The notes below the pieces were generated by a model. It had not been told where the DNA came from and made no database searches. It was given only the letters and a program-made list of their open reading frames with translations. A stretch of 64,000 nt of DNA from a virus, in the IMG/VR virus record IMGVR_UViG_3300045988_183746. One strand, given 5' to 3'. The position numbers and the translations under genes are program-made. Every line of letters starts with the position of its first letter. Position 1 is the first letter of the stretch. Below are positions 19,926 to 30,245 of this stretch, piece by piece.

Positions 19926-20279
19926 ATGAAGACAATGAATCAAATTATTGGCGATAATCTGAAAAGAATCAGAGAATTGTCCGGCTTCACGCAGGAGCAG
20001 ACAGCAAAGTCTGTCGGCATCGAGCGTTCGGCATACAGCAATTATGAGGGAGGGACAAGGGAAGTCCCTTATGATGTCTTGGAACGGATTTCAAATATAT
20101 TCGGCTGTGAGCCTTTCATCCTATTTGAGGATAATATTCAAGCGGACAATGAGATTCTGGCCGCTGCCTTTAGAATCTCCGATTTGGAGGATGATGACTT
20201 AAAGGAAATTGCGAATTTCAAGGATATTGTGAAATCATACCTGAAAATGGAACGGATAGCCCAAAATGAAGCCGAATAA
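19926..20279 (+). CDS. XRE-family helix-turn-helix transcriptional regulator
   Basis: IGDNLKRIRELSGFTQEQTAKSVGIERSAYSNYEGG is a classic Cro/C1-type HTH. Confidence 0.85.
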   Translation: MKTMNQIIGDNLKRIRELSGFTQEQTAKSVGIERSAYSNYEGGTREVPYDVLERISNIFGCEPFILFEDNIQADNEILAAAFRISDLEDDDLKEIANFKDIVKSYLKMERIAQNEAE

Positions 20280-21000
20280 GTTTGTTATAGAAAAACAGGT
20301 GGCAGCCTTTCGTATGGACAACGGGCTAGGAGCGTCCGAACCTGTCACACTGAAAAGCCTGCTTCTGAAACTGAATGTGCTTACAGTGTTCAGACCCCTC
20401 TCCGACAGCTTTTCCGGAATGTGCCTGAAGGACAATTCCGGACATCGGTTCATGCTTGTCAATTCCAACCAGCCCATGGGAAGGCAGCACTTTACCATAG
20501 CACACGAATTATATCATTTGTTTATCGAGGAAAAGCCCACACCCCATAAATGCAATCCCGGCAACAGTAAAAATGTCGTGGAACAAAGTGCCGACATGTT
20601 CGCTTCTTCATTTCTGATGCCAGAAGCCGGCATTTGTCAGTTGACACCGGAAGACGAGTTAAGGGGCAAAAACGTTTCTTTAGGAACGATATTGAGACTT
20701 GAGCACTATTTCTCCGTTTCCCGTTCGGCTTTGTTGTACAGGCTGCTGAACCTTGGCATTATAACGGAATCCGCCCGTTCCAAATTGGCGGAAACAAGTG
20801 TGAAATACTCTGCAAGATGTTTTGGGTACGATACAGCTCTGTATGAAGCCGCCAACGAGGGTCTGGTGATAGGTGATTTCGGAGAAAAAGCCCGTAATTT
20901 GTTTGACCGGGGCAAAATCTCAGAGGGTCATTACATGGAATTACTTCATAAAATCAATGTCGATGGAATGCAGGAAAACGAAAATAGTACTGGATGCTGA
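20266..21000 (+). CDS. ImmA/IrrE-family zinc metallopeptidase (DUF955)
   Basis: FTIAHELYHLF HExxH motif; overlaps the XRE gene by 14 nt. Confidence 0.85.
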   Translation: MKPNKFVIEKQVAAFRMDNGLGASEPVTLKSLLLKLNVLTVFRPLSDSFSGMCLKDNSGHRFMLVNSNQPMGRQHFTIAHELYHLFIEEKPTPHKCNPGNSKNVVEQSADMFASSFLMPEAGICQLTPEDELRGKNVSLGTILRLEHYFSVSRSALLYRLLNLGIITESARSKLAETSVKYSARCFGYDTALYEAANEGLVIGDFGEKARNLFDRGKISEGHYMELLHKINVDGMQENENSTGC

Positions 21001-21487
21001 TGTGATTATCCACTTCATCGAGGCAGACTGCTTTTCATTGCTTCCTGACATATTCCCTGAATATGAGTATGTGGTTCTGGATGTAGTCTATAATGAGGTT
21101 GCCAAAAACAATAAGACCAAGGGCTTCATTGACAATTACCTTCATTTCTTCCCAAAACTGAAAAAAGAGGAATTTGCGCCCAAGGGGGAATCCATAAAGG
21201 AATACTTCCTGCTGCAACGGACATTGGGAAAAGGGGAAAGCGCATGTATGGTATATTGCAGGGACAATCAGGATGTTTTAGGGAGCAGCAATTTGAGGGA
21301 CATAAATAGCTACTGCCTGGCAAACAACATAACCTATCTGACTACAATCGATTTCCTGTATTACGCCTATTGCCGAAAGAAAATGACAGGGCAGGAATGT
21401 GCCGAATTTATGCAAGCCGTCAATGATGCGGGCAGCAAGCTTCCCATGATTGACATAACCCAATATGTATGCACCGTGCAAATCTGA
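20963..21487 (+). CDS. PIN-like domain protein (putative nuclease/effector)
   Basis: Starts MECRKTKIVLDADVIIHFIEAD (PIN-like N-terminal acidic motif), with a later GKGESACMVYCRDNQD...LTTIDFL region. Begins inside the ImmA 3' end in another frame (ORF track 20873..21487). Confidence 0.55.
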   Translation: MECRKTKIVLDADVIIHFIEADCFSLLPDIFPEYEYVVLDVVYNEVAKNNKTKGFIDNYLHFFPKLKKEEFAPKGESIKEYFLLQRTLGKGESACMVYCRDNQDVLGSSNLRDINSYCLANNITYLTTIDFLYYAYCRKKMTGQECAEFMQAVNDAGSKLPMIDITQYVCTVQI

Positions 21488-21931
21488 CCGTATCCGGTTT
21501 GACGGTCATCAACATCTTAAGTAATTTGCCATGGATACTAATTCAAACAGACTGACTGCGGAAGAAATCAGGAAACTCCGTGAGATGAATTTCTGCAAAG
21601 AACCGGGGTTTGTAAAGGCTGAAGCTGTGTTGGCATCGGAAGCCGGAGAGCCGGGAAGTCCTGAACGCAAAGACTTCGATGCGAAAGCACGCGCCTGGTA
21701 TAATGGAGAGTCCTTGTGTGACAGAAATATGGAGGCTAGAACCGGCTCCCCCAAATGATACTGAAAAACCGAGTATCACCTACACATATACCAATTCTAT
21801 AAAGAAGGAGAGGCTGATTTGCAGTTGCCCTCCTTCATGTCCATAGCAGACAATCGGTGTCCGATTCTACGTCCTGGTATGGACCCGATATGAATCCTAC
21901 TCCGACTTCTGCTGTTTTTTTCTAAAAAAAA

Positions 21932-21962
21932 TCCAAATTTCCTCCTTGAAATTTGGATTTTT
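21932..21962 (+). terminator. Bidirectional rho-independent terminator (10-bp perfect stem TCCAAATTTC/GAAATTTGGA flanked by A-run and T-run)
   Basis: Perfect inverted repeat with a 6-nt loop, A8 upstream and T5 downstream. Confidence 0.55.
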
Positions 21963-22744
21963 GGATTGGAACTCTTTTTTATAGATTACTCTTCTCTCCT
22001 TTTTCTTTATTAATTTCTTTTTGCTCTCTTCGGGAGTGAATTTCTGAATCTATGATTCATCAATAATTTGGAAAGGAATAGTGTTATTTATTGTATTACT
22101 CTATATAGTATATTTCTACACATGCGGACATCTATTTTATAGGTTTTCTGCTTATATGGTAAAGTAATTTATAAATGGTAATATATATAATATACATATA
22201 TACAATAAGTTATTGTTAGATTATAACTATATTTGTATATCAAATTAAACGAATTATCAACTATTTAAAATCGAAATTATATCAGTTATGAACTATTTAC
22301 TTCTGTTTTTATTTATTGCTTGCTTTGTAAGCATGTCATTGGGTTTTGCATGCTCATTATGCCATTGATTGCAGCCGCTATTTGTAAAGGCATATTAGGT
22401 TATTATAATGATGAATTACTTAGACCAGAAAGACTTTTCGGAGCGTTCTGCCTAATGATAGCAGGGTTGGTCGGTACACTAATATTTATTTATTAAACAT
22501 AACCAGAATATATATTTTAAATAGTTATGAAGAGTCTATTGACTTTTATCATCAAAAGAAATAGACTCTTTATACTATAATTATATTCAAAAACAGTGTC
22601 AATAAAATAGTTTTTCATTTATCCTGATTGATCCTTTTGTATCGCTTTCTCAATTTCACTAAATCTTTTTCCAAAGTATTTAAATTTTTCTGTATCAACT
22701 GTATATTCTGATTGTTGCTTTAATATTGTTTTACTAATTCGCCT

Positions 22745-23332
22745 ATGGTCAATATAGCGTTAGCATATAGTAGATTTAAGGGATATGTCCCCTATACGCA
22801 ACAGGAAACAAGAATGAACCGGGAGATAAAGAATGTGGTCAGAAATGCAAGGGAGGTTAACCGCCGGCTTCATTACCACCGGTTGATGACCGGATCATAC
22901 AAGGCCCTGTTCCTTATGTTCGGGCAATACATATCCCGGGAAGACCAGAAGATGACCCTGAGGACGCTGCAAGGGGAGTCACCGGAGGACCTGGGAAATG
23001 AAACAGGGCATAGCAAAAGCTTCGTGGTCCATTCCTGCGAACGTGCCATTAACGAGATCCATTACTATTGTTCCCTTTTACGTGGCAATCCGGAGGGCAT
23101 GGGAATCCTGGTGGACCTGATTGGAGAGATTATCGAGAAGGAAGAGGAAAAGAAGAAGAAGGAAGTCTGCAATGGGGTCCTCAAAAGGAAGGAACCGTTG
23201 ACCGACGGAAGAAAAGAGCAAGCATTCACCTATCCTACGGATGTGGAATACCGGGAAGATGATTTGTGGATGGATACAGGCTGTCAGGAATTTGCCGGGG
23301 ACAGCAGCATTACTGAAATGGAAGAAGAATAG
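22745..23332 (+). CDS. Hypothetical protein
   Basis: 195-aa ORF; an alternative start lies at M23. Confidence 0.5.
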   Translation: MVNIALAYSRFKGYVPYTQQETRMNREIKNVVRNAREVNRRLHYHRLMTGSYKALFLMFGQYISREDQKMTLRTLQGESPEDLGNETGHSKSFVVHSCERAINEIHYYCSLLRGNPEGMGILVDLIGEIIEKEEEKKKKEVCNGVLKRKEPLTDGRKEQAFTYPTDVEYREDDLWMDTGCQEFAGDSSITEMEEE

Positions 23333-23828
23333 CCGGGCACCTTTCATTCCCTTCTGGAAAACAGTATGCCGGGCAACCGTTGTTTCAAGCGGTTGTCCGG
23401 CAGCTTTTATTCTGGAACAAGGCCGCTTCCTTCAGACAAAAGACGGGATATCCTCCATCACTTCCGGGAACGCACCCACGTTCCCTTTTCCCTTGTCTGT
23501 ATGTTTATACCGCATATATATCCATCTATGCAAACTTGTGATTTCCGAATTCATTACATTTCCATTCAAGCCAAATGTTAAAAGCGGAAGGTCATGCCAA
23601 GCTCTATCATTGTCAACAAATTTTCAAATTTGATTTTTTCGGACTGAATTGTTAGTTATACCCAATTGATGGTTTGGTACTAAAAAGTATATTTTTCCCG
23701 CTTGAATGGAAAAGTTTTAACCATCCGTTATCATACTGATATTATGATAGTTACCGTATATTCACATATTATATAGCTACCTTTGTAGTATAAGATAATA
23801 GAATACTAACCGCCTAAAATTAAGGAAT

Positions 23829-24722
23829 ATGAATGATTTGCTTAGTCTGTTTGACGAAATAGAAACCAAGCCCGTAAACATGATTCCAGAAACTGACCGG
23901 ATGATTGTCGATAATTACTGGAACCTGTTTATGGAAAAATTCAACGGATTGCGGGCTATGTGGGCTGAATTTGTGGAGAGAGACAAATCCAATACAAACG
24001 ACAAGTTCAAAATCAACTCTTTGAACTATATATCAAGTCCTTTCTATTCTCATGTATGGGAAGAGAATTTGGATCGTTTCGATTATACGTTCAAATATGA
24101 CATAGTAAATTGCGAAAAGTTGATTCAAAAACTATTACGAAGTATCGAATCAAAGGTTTGCGATTATTTCTCCAAAACTTATGGCTGTAATATAGAATCT
24201 GATCACTGCCTTTCAGAATCTTTATTTAAAGAAGAACGATATAATGGTGAGTTACCTTCATTAGATTTGATTCTGGAGCATATTATCAGTCAGAATGACG
24301 GTATGTCATTTGAAGATAAGGGCGATCATGACACAAAATTGAATATTGGCAATCACCTTAAACATAAAAACATCAAATTGACATCAAAAACAGTAACAAT
24401 CGAATATGCTTTCCATACAAGGTATTACAGTTTTGAACCGCATTGGGAGGATGTGGAAAAAATACTGGATGCCGTGGTTTACTGTTTCTTCCAAAGTCAC
24501 GATTTATTTCATATCCTCTCAAATGCGGATGAATCACTTTTAAGGCGTATGGAAGCCGGAAGTGCGTTATCCATTTCCAGTGAAGCGTCCAAAATGGAAC
24601 AGATTAAATTATTCAAGAACCAAAAAATGTCCATCAAATTTCGAAAAGCCGAAGAAGCCCAGCTCTTTTACAATTTTGCTACCGAGATTAAAGAGATGGC
24701 AAACAAAAAATATCAACGATAA
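23829..24722 (+). CDS. Hypothetical protein
   Basis: 297-aa ORF immediately upstream of the MTase-helicase gene (13-nt gap). Confidence 0.65.
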   Translation: MNDLLSLFDEIETKPVNMIPETDRMIVDNYWNLFMEKFNGLRAMWAEFVERDKSNTNDKFKINSLNYISSPFYSHVWEENLDRFDYTFKYDIVNCEKLIQKLLRSIESKVCDYFSKTYGCNIESDHCLSESLFKEERYNGELPSLDLILEHIISQNDGMSFEDKGDHDTKLNIGNHLKHKNIKLTSKTVTIEYAFHTRYYSFEPHWEDVEKILDAVVYCFFQSHDLFHILSNADESLLRRMEAGSALSISSEASKMEQIKLFKNQKMSIKFRKAEEAQLFYNFATEIKEMANKKYQR

Positions 24723-24734
24723 TCATTCCTTAGC

Positions 24735-27700
24735 ATGTACAAAGATTTACAACAGATAGTTCCGACCCAAAAACGTGCAGAGATAAACGATAAGATTCTC
24801 TATTGTATTGACACACATAACAAGGCTGTCACTTCCGAGGTAGTATATAACTGCTACACGGGAGCCGGAGGGCTGCACAATCTGTCATTTAATGATTTCA
24901 ACAACTTCCACGATTATACGGAGGCTAAAAAAGAGTTTGAAATGGGGCAGTTCTTTACCCCTCATGCGGTTTGTCAGCTTATGGTTGAAATGGCGGCTCC
25001 CTCCCAGTCCGATCGGGTGGCCGATTTCTGCTGTGGCATGGGCAATTTCTTCAACTGGCTGCCGGATGGGACGTACACCTACGGTTCCGAACTTGACCCA
25101 AAGGCGGTAAAGGTGGCACGCTTCTTGTATCCGGACGCACATATCGAATGCCGGGATATTCTCTATGCCGCCCCGGAAGGCAAGTTTGACTTTGTTTTTG
25201 GCAATCCCCCATTTAATCTGAAATGGCAAGTGAACAACCTGCCTGTTTTGTCACAACTCTATTATTGCCAGAAAGCTGCCGAATATCTCAATCCGGGTGG
25301 ACTGTTGCTGCTTGTTGTTCCGGCTTCATTCCTCGCTGACGGGTTTTGGAACAAGTCTATGATATCCGAGATAAACGACAGGTTCAACTTTATCGGGCAG
25401 TGTAAGCTGGAATCCGATACGTTCGGCGAATACCAGGTGACCATTGAGACTAAGATAATGGCTTTTCAGCGAAAATCCGACCATCTGGAGAATGTGGCAT
25501 ACTCTTCTGCATTTGTTTCCCTTATGGATCTTCGTACCCGTGTGGCACAAGCCCGTGAGACCAAGCATGAGTTACGCCTGAAACTTGCTCGTGAAGCTAA
25601 GGAGAATTCAGAGCTTCCTGAATTTGAATACAAGCTGGCCAAGTATATGTATGAGATACGCATCCAGCCAAGCATCAAGGACAAGTACGGTCAATGTCTG
25701 GCTTTTGTCGAGAAGTTCCGTACACAGAAACCGCCAGAGAATGCGACCGAGAAAGAATACAAACATTGGTTGCAGCACGTGAGAATTTCCGAGAAGCAAG
25801 TACTTAACCGTTTGCGCAAGATTGTAAGAGGACAAAACGACATCAAGACTGACCGCATTGCACTTGTAAGACAGTCTTCCGGTTTTGCCATCAAAACATA
25901 CAGTTCCAGGATGGGCAAGGTTCTGAAGGAACTGAATGTTTCCCCGAAACTCTTCCTGAATATTCACGACTTGTTGCTGTGGGGTGATACCGTAAAGTCC
26001 TACTTTTCTCCTATGGCACAGACTGTCATAGAAGGGGTGGATGCCTGCGAGAAAGTTCTTTCCCGTAAACGCAAGGAAATGGAACGCCAACAACAGGCAT
26101 TCTGCGACATGCTGCCATCCGAAAACATGAAAGTGTATGTCGATAAGCTGACATTCAAGAAAGCGGACGGTACTCAGTATGCACTTACTCCCCTTCAAAA
26201 GAGCGATGCCATAAAGCTGTTCTCCAAAAGATACAGCCTAGTAAACTGGCAACAGGGGTGCGGAAAAACAGTCGTGTCTTTCCTCTATGGCAAAATGCTG
26301 TTGGACAATCAGAAGGTACGCAACGTCATCGTGGTGGCTCCGGCGGTGGCTACCAACCTTACATGGTCGGAGTTCCTGACCGTTCAGGGTGTGGCTTTCC
26401 GTAACATCAACCGTAAGGACGAAATCAACACCGCACAGCCAGGCGAGTTCCTGATCCTATCGACATCCATGCTTGGAAAAAGAAAGCGTGAGCTGAGACA
26501 GTTCCTCAGGCTGACCGCCCGGAAGCACTGCCTGATTTTTGATGAATCAGACGAAATCTCCAATGCGGCCAGCAAGCGGACACGGCATATGCTAAATCTG
26601 TTCCGACACCTGCCGTACAAGATGCTGTGTACCGGAACAACAACACGTAACGATATATCAGAGATCTATTCCCAACTGTCCTTACTGTACAATAACTCCT
26701 ACAATTTCATATCCATGAGCAGGTATCGGTACGAGCAGGACGAGGACGGGGATTTTGTTCCGGTTGACAATGAATATCTGTACCGACCCCTTCCCGTCAA
26801 ACAGGGGAACCGGATTTTCCGTTCGCTGTTCTCACCGGGCAAGAAATCGGTTTTTGGCATCCGCAAGAACTCACAGGACATCTACAACAGCGATGACTTG
26901 AAGAAGATTCTGGATTATACTATCATTACCAGACGGTTTAAGGAGGTGGCCGGCGACAAGTACGAGGTAATCAATGACCAGATTCTCCCCGGAGTAGGAG
27001 AAAAGGCGGTATATGACAAAATCCTGAATGATTTCTACGAGATTCTGCCACGATATTTTCAGTCAACAGGTGACAGCCGGAAAGATGCCGCCCTCAGACT
27101 GGTGCGCATCATAGAGCTGTTGCGTCGGGCTTGTTCCACAGCTCACCTGATGCCGGGGTATTTCGGATCGGAGTTTCCGGCAAAGGCCGGCAAGATTATG
27201 GGACTGGTGCGTGAAAGCAAAGGTCTGGTTGCAGTAGGATGCATCTCTTTGGAATCTCTGTCTTTCTATACGGATCTGTTCAAACGGTTCATTGACCGTC
27301 CGCTGTTTGTCATTGACGGCAGTGTGCCCTTTAACCGCCGCAAGAAAATCATTGCGGAGTTCCAGCAGTCGGGCAACGGTGTTTTGTTGAGCACCCAACA
27401 AAGTTTGAGTTCATCAGTAAATATTCCGAGCTGCAACGAAGTAATCATTGAAGCCTTACAGTGGAATATTCCACGGATGGAGCAATACTACATGCGTTTT
27501 ATCCGGTTCGACAGCACGGATTACAAGCACGTACATTTTGTGACTTATGCGGACACGATTGAACAGAATATACTTGCTCTGGTCATGTGCAAGGAGAAGC
27601 TGAACGAATTTATCAAATCTGGTTCTATACATGAGGACGAAGAGATTTTTTCCGAGTTCGGTATATCAGCCGATCTGTTCGACAACCTCATGCAAAAGCA

Positions 27701-27755
27701 ATATGACGAAAAAGGCCAGCTGTATCTTAGTTGGGGTGAGCAGAAGGTAGTTTGA
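24735..27755 (+). CDS. N6-adenine DNA methyltransferase fused to SNF2-family helicase (DarB/polyvalent-protein-like)
   Basis: N-terminal motif I VADFCCGMGNFF and motif IV FGNPPFN. C-terminal half has Walker A GCGKT, DExD-like LIFDESDE, SNF2 motif III LCTGTTTRND and helicase-C motifs (LLSTQQS...QYYMRFIRFDS). Confidence 0.9.
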   Translation: MYKDLQQIVPTQKRAEINDKILYCIDTHNKAVTSEVVYNCYTGAGGLHNLSFNDFNNFHDYTEAKKEFEMGQFFTPHAVCQLMVEMAAPSQSDRVADFCCGMGNFFNWLPDGTYTYGSELDPKAVKVARFLYPDAHIECRDILYAAPEGKFDFVFGNPPFNLKWQVNNLPVLSQLYYCQKAAEYLNPGGLLLLVVPASFLADGFWNKSMISEINDRFNFIGQCKLESDTFGEYQVTIETKIMAFQRKSDHLENVAYSSAFVSLMDLRTRVAQARETKHELRLKLAREAKENSELPEFEYKLAKYMYEIRIQPSIKDKYGQCLAFVEKFRTQKPPENATEKEYKHWLQHVRISEKQVLNRLRKIVRGQNDIKTDRIALVRQSSGFAIKTYSSRMGKVLKELNVSPKLFLNIHDLLLWGDTVKSYFSPMAQTVIEGVDACEKVLSRKRKEMERQQQAFCDMLPSENMKVYVDKLTFKKADGTQYALTPLQKSDAIKLFSKRYSLVNWQQGCGKTVVSFLYGKMLLDNQKVRNVIVVAPAVATNLTWSEFLTVQGVAFRNINRKDEINTAQPGEFLILSTSMLGKRKRELRQFLRLTARKHCLIFDESDEISNAASKRTRHMLNLFRHLPYKMLCTGTTTRNDISEIYSQLSLLYNNSYNFISMSRYRYEQDEDGDFVPVDNEYLYRPLPVKQGNRIFRSLFSPGKKSVFGIRKNSQDIYNSDDLKKILDYTIITRRFKEVAGDKYEVINDQILPGVGEKAVYDKILNDFYEILPRYFQSTGDSRKDAALRLVRIIELLRRACSTAHLMPGYFGSEFPAKAGKIMGLVRESKGLVAVGCISLESLSFYTDLFKRFIDRPLFVIDGSVPFNRRKKIIAEFQQSGNGVLLSTQQSLSSSVNIPSCNEVIIEALQWNIPRMEQYYMRFIRFDSTDYKHVHFVTYADTIEQNILALVMCKEKLNEFIKSGSIHEDEEIFSEFGISADLFDNLMQKQYDEKGQLYLSWGEQKVV

Positions 27756-27763
27756 TAAGATTT

Positions 27764-27789
27764 GGGTAGGGTACATCCCCTACCCTTTT
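27764..27789 (+). terminator. Rho-independent terminator (GGGTAGGG/CCCTACCC stem plus TTTT)
   Basis: 8-bp perfect stem with a 6-nt loop and a T-run, directly after the 27755 stop. Confidence 0.7.
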
Positions 27790-27813
27790 CTGATCTCCCG
27801 CAAAATATGAGCC

Positions 27814-27834
27814 AAAGCCCGACTACGGGCTTTT
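27814..27834 (+). terminator. Second tandem terminator (AAAGCCCG/CGGGCTTT stem plus T-run)
   Basis: 8-bp stem with a 4-nt loop and TTTT. Confidence 0.6.
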
Positions 27835-27952
27835 ATGAGCACTCTCGCTTAAATGAAGATGTCGGTTTGAGCTGTTATCCGGAATAAGACATCACATCTT
27901 TAGGAAATTGATATATAATTAATTACCTTTGGCATACAGATAGATAACAAAT

Positions 27953-29833
27953 ATGAACATGGATATAACCAAAACAAACAACCTTCAGGAGATACCGGCA
28001 ACCGAAGAGCTGAACAAACTGTGCCGGACTGCCGACACCATACGCCCGGGTGATTATTTCCTGCATGGAAGCGACCTTCTTAGGGTAGCCAGTCTAAACA
28101 GCGACGACCAAAAGACCGTTGTCCGATATGAGCTTGTATGGGACATCGAGAATGAGGGGGTGTACTCTTCTTATGGTGCGGAGGAAGTAAATGCCTTTCT
28201 TAAAAACAAGTCTTACGTGCCCGACCCTCACAAGCTGTATAGTCAGGCGGTAGGAATCATGGACGGTACTTACACACCTGAAATTCCAGAAGAAGATGCC
28301 GGACCGGATGATTGTACGGATGACAGCACCATGCTGATTGGCCGGAACTCTCCCCAGTCTCTCATAGCACTGGCCCAGAAGAAGCAGCTTCTTGCCAGAC
28401 AGCTATCCGATTTAAAGCAGATGGCCGACTACCACCGGTCAGTGCTTGAAAACCGAATGCGCAATAAATTGTCCAAACTGGCAGAAACACGCAACCGTAT
28501 CATGTCCCAGCTTACCAACATACAGAAAGCATTGAGCATGTTGCAATTGTACATGGGTGATGAACATTGCGTCGAACAACTTTCCTCCGGAGCCAATGCC
28601 CCCGAAAACGAACCGTTTGCCATCCATCAGCAATTATTGTTTATGGATGAAGAGTGCGGCATCATCAGTGATGGCGGCATCGACATCGAACGCATAAACG
28701 AGTTTGAAGAGTGGTTGATGAAGGAAGACCATTTGGATGCTATTCTGCCGGATACAAAGGGTATTGTAGCACTCAAGCCAAGGCGGTTCCGCAAGGACTA
28801 CGGAAGCTCCTACTACACTGCGGTAATGGAACATTGGAACCGGCATACATTCTTCCTGATTCGGAATGGTGAGAATGTATATCTTATCGACTCCAATCAT
28901 ATTGAAATAACCGACCGCCTCTTTCCCTTACGTTCCGAAATGCAGGAACTCTACGACAAGGCGGCACAGACAAAAATGGAGTATGAGAAAGAAGATTCTG
29001 CAAAACGCATCCAAAGTGCAAACGAGCGGTACCACCGGATTATCTTTTTCATACAAGGGCTTACAGATAATACCGAAGTCCTACATCCTATACCACAGGG
29101 AGTAAACCTGTTCAACCCTGATTCGTATGCCGGATGGGTAAGACTGGTGTATGATGACGAAGCAGCGTTGACAGATGGCAGGATGTCGTATCGTGATTGG
29201 GTCAAAGAAATCAATGCTTCTGTCAAACGAGGCAGCCGTATTGCGTACTGCCCGGACAACCGATGGAATTATAGTGGCAAAGGCGAGTTATGGCGGTATG
29301 CCAACAAGCACTTTATCCGGGACTACTATAATGATTATGCTGTACCGGATTTGCCAACATCAGGAATCTATACGCTGGATACGGTTTCCAAATACGGAGT
29401 GGAACATCTGGCATTCAAATACAAACCAGGCGATACCATTTTCTCTTCTGATTATTACGGCAAACGGAGAAACAGACTGGCCTTCATTGTCGGAGAAAGC
29501 GATATCTATCTGAATTATGACCGTATCTCGTTGGATGACATCGAATACTACCTACACTCCCGGATTGAGAGGAAGCACTACCTCGATATTCTCCCTGTCT
29601 TGCTGGAGGTGCGCAAAAACCTGAGAGCAGAGCAACAGCAGGAAAATGCCTTCCGTCTGATGCTGTTGGGAGAACTGCTGCAACAGGGTATATCCGAAGA
29701 AATGGCGAACAGGCACATTACCGAGGCGATTGACTGGTGGAAATACAAGAACATCTGGAAGCGGCCAATCTGTAATGATGACGCCAAGGCTCTGCGTATG
29801 ATCAAGAGCCGCGTATTGAAAATTATTAAATAG
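27953..29833 (+). CDS. Hypothetical protein (large, no recognised motifs)
   Basis: 626-aa uninterrupted ORF on the same strand. Confidence 0.7.
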   Translation: MNMDITKTNNLQEIPATEELNKLCRTADTIRPGDYFLHGSDLLRVASLNSDDQKTVVRYELVWDIENEGVYSSYGAEEVNAFLKNKSYVPDPHKLYSQAVGIMDGTYTPEIPEEDAGPDDCTDDSTMLIGRNSPQSLIALAQKKQLLARQLSDLKQMADYHRSVLENRMRNKLSKLAETRNRIMSQLTNIQKALSMLQLYMGDEHCVEQLSSGANAPENEPFAIHQQLLFMDEECGIISDGGIDIERINEFEEWLMKEDHLDAILPDTKGIVALKPRRFRKDYGSSYYTAVMEHWNRHTFFLIRNGENVYLIDSNHIEITDRLFPLRSEMQELYDKAAQTKMEYEKEDSAKRIQSANERYHRIIFFIQGLTDNTEVLHPIPQGVNLFNPDSYAGWVRLVYDDEAALTDGRMSYRDWVKEINASVKRGSRIAYCPDNRWNYSGKGELWRYANKHFIRDYYNDYAVPDLPTSGIYTLDTVSKYGVEHLAFKYKPGDTIFSSDYYGKRRNRLAFIVGESDIYLNYDRISLDDIEYYLHSRIERKHYLDILPVLLEVRKNLRAEQQQENAFRLMLLGELLQQGISEEMANRHITEAIDWWKYKNIWKRPICNDDAKALRMIKSRVLKIIK

Positions 29834-29883
29834 AAAGTGAAAACAGCAACAAAACAATAACGAACAATTAAAACGTAACAATT

Positions 29884-30225
29884 ATGGAAACAAACGGATT
29901 AATTTACAATGTAGAAAAGATTTATATTGAAAACGGCACTACCTTCAAAATGAAGGTGAACATCAGACTGAATGACGAATGCAAGAATAATATATGCGAA
30001 TGGACTATAACCGCTGATATTTACGAAAAACAAGGCGACGGACGCTACGTTTATTGCTGTGACGGCTGTTGCCACGAAGAAATATTAAAACATTTCCCGC
30101 AATTTAAAAGATTTGTTGATTTGCATTTTTCTAACCATTACGGGCAACCTCCTTACCCTGTTAAAGGCGGTGGCTTTTATTATATAAACAAAAAGACGAA
30201 AAAGCAATCAACTATCTACGCATAA
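29884..30225 (+). CDS. Hypothetical Cys-rich small protein
   Basis: 113 aa; contains YVYCCDGCCHEE. Confidence 0.5.
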   Translation: METNGLIYNVEKIYIENGTTFKMKVNIRLNDECKNNICEWTITADIYEKQGDGRYVYCCDGCCHEEILKHFPQFKRFVDLHFSNHYGQPPYPVKGGGFYYINKKTKKQSTIYA

Positions 30226-30245
30226 CCGAAAACGAGTATAATATA

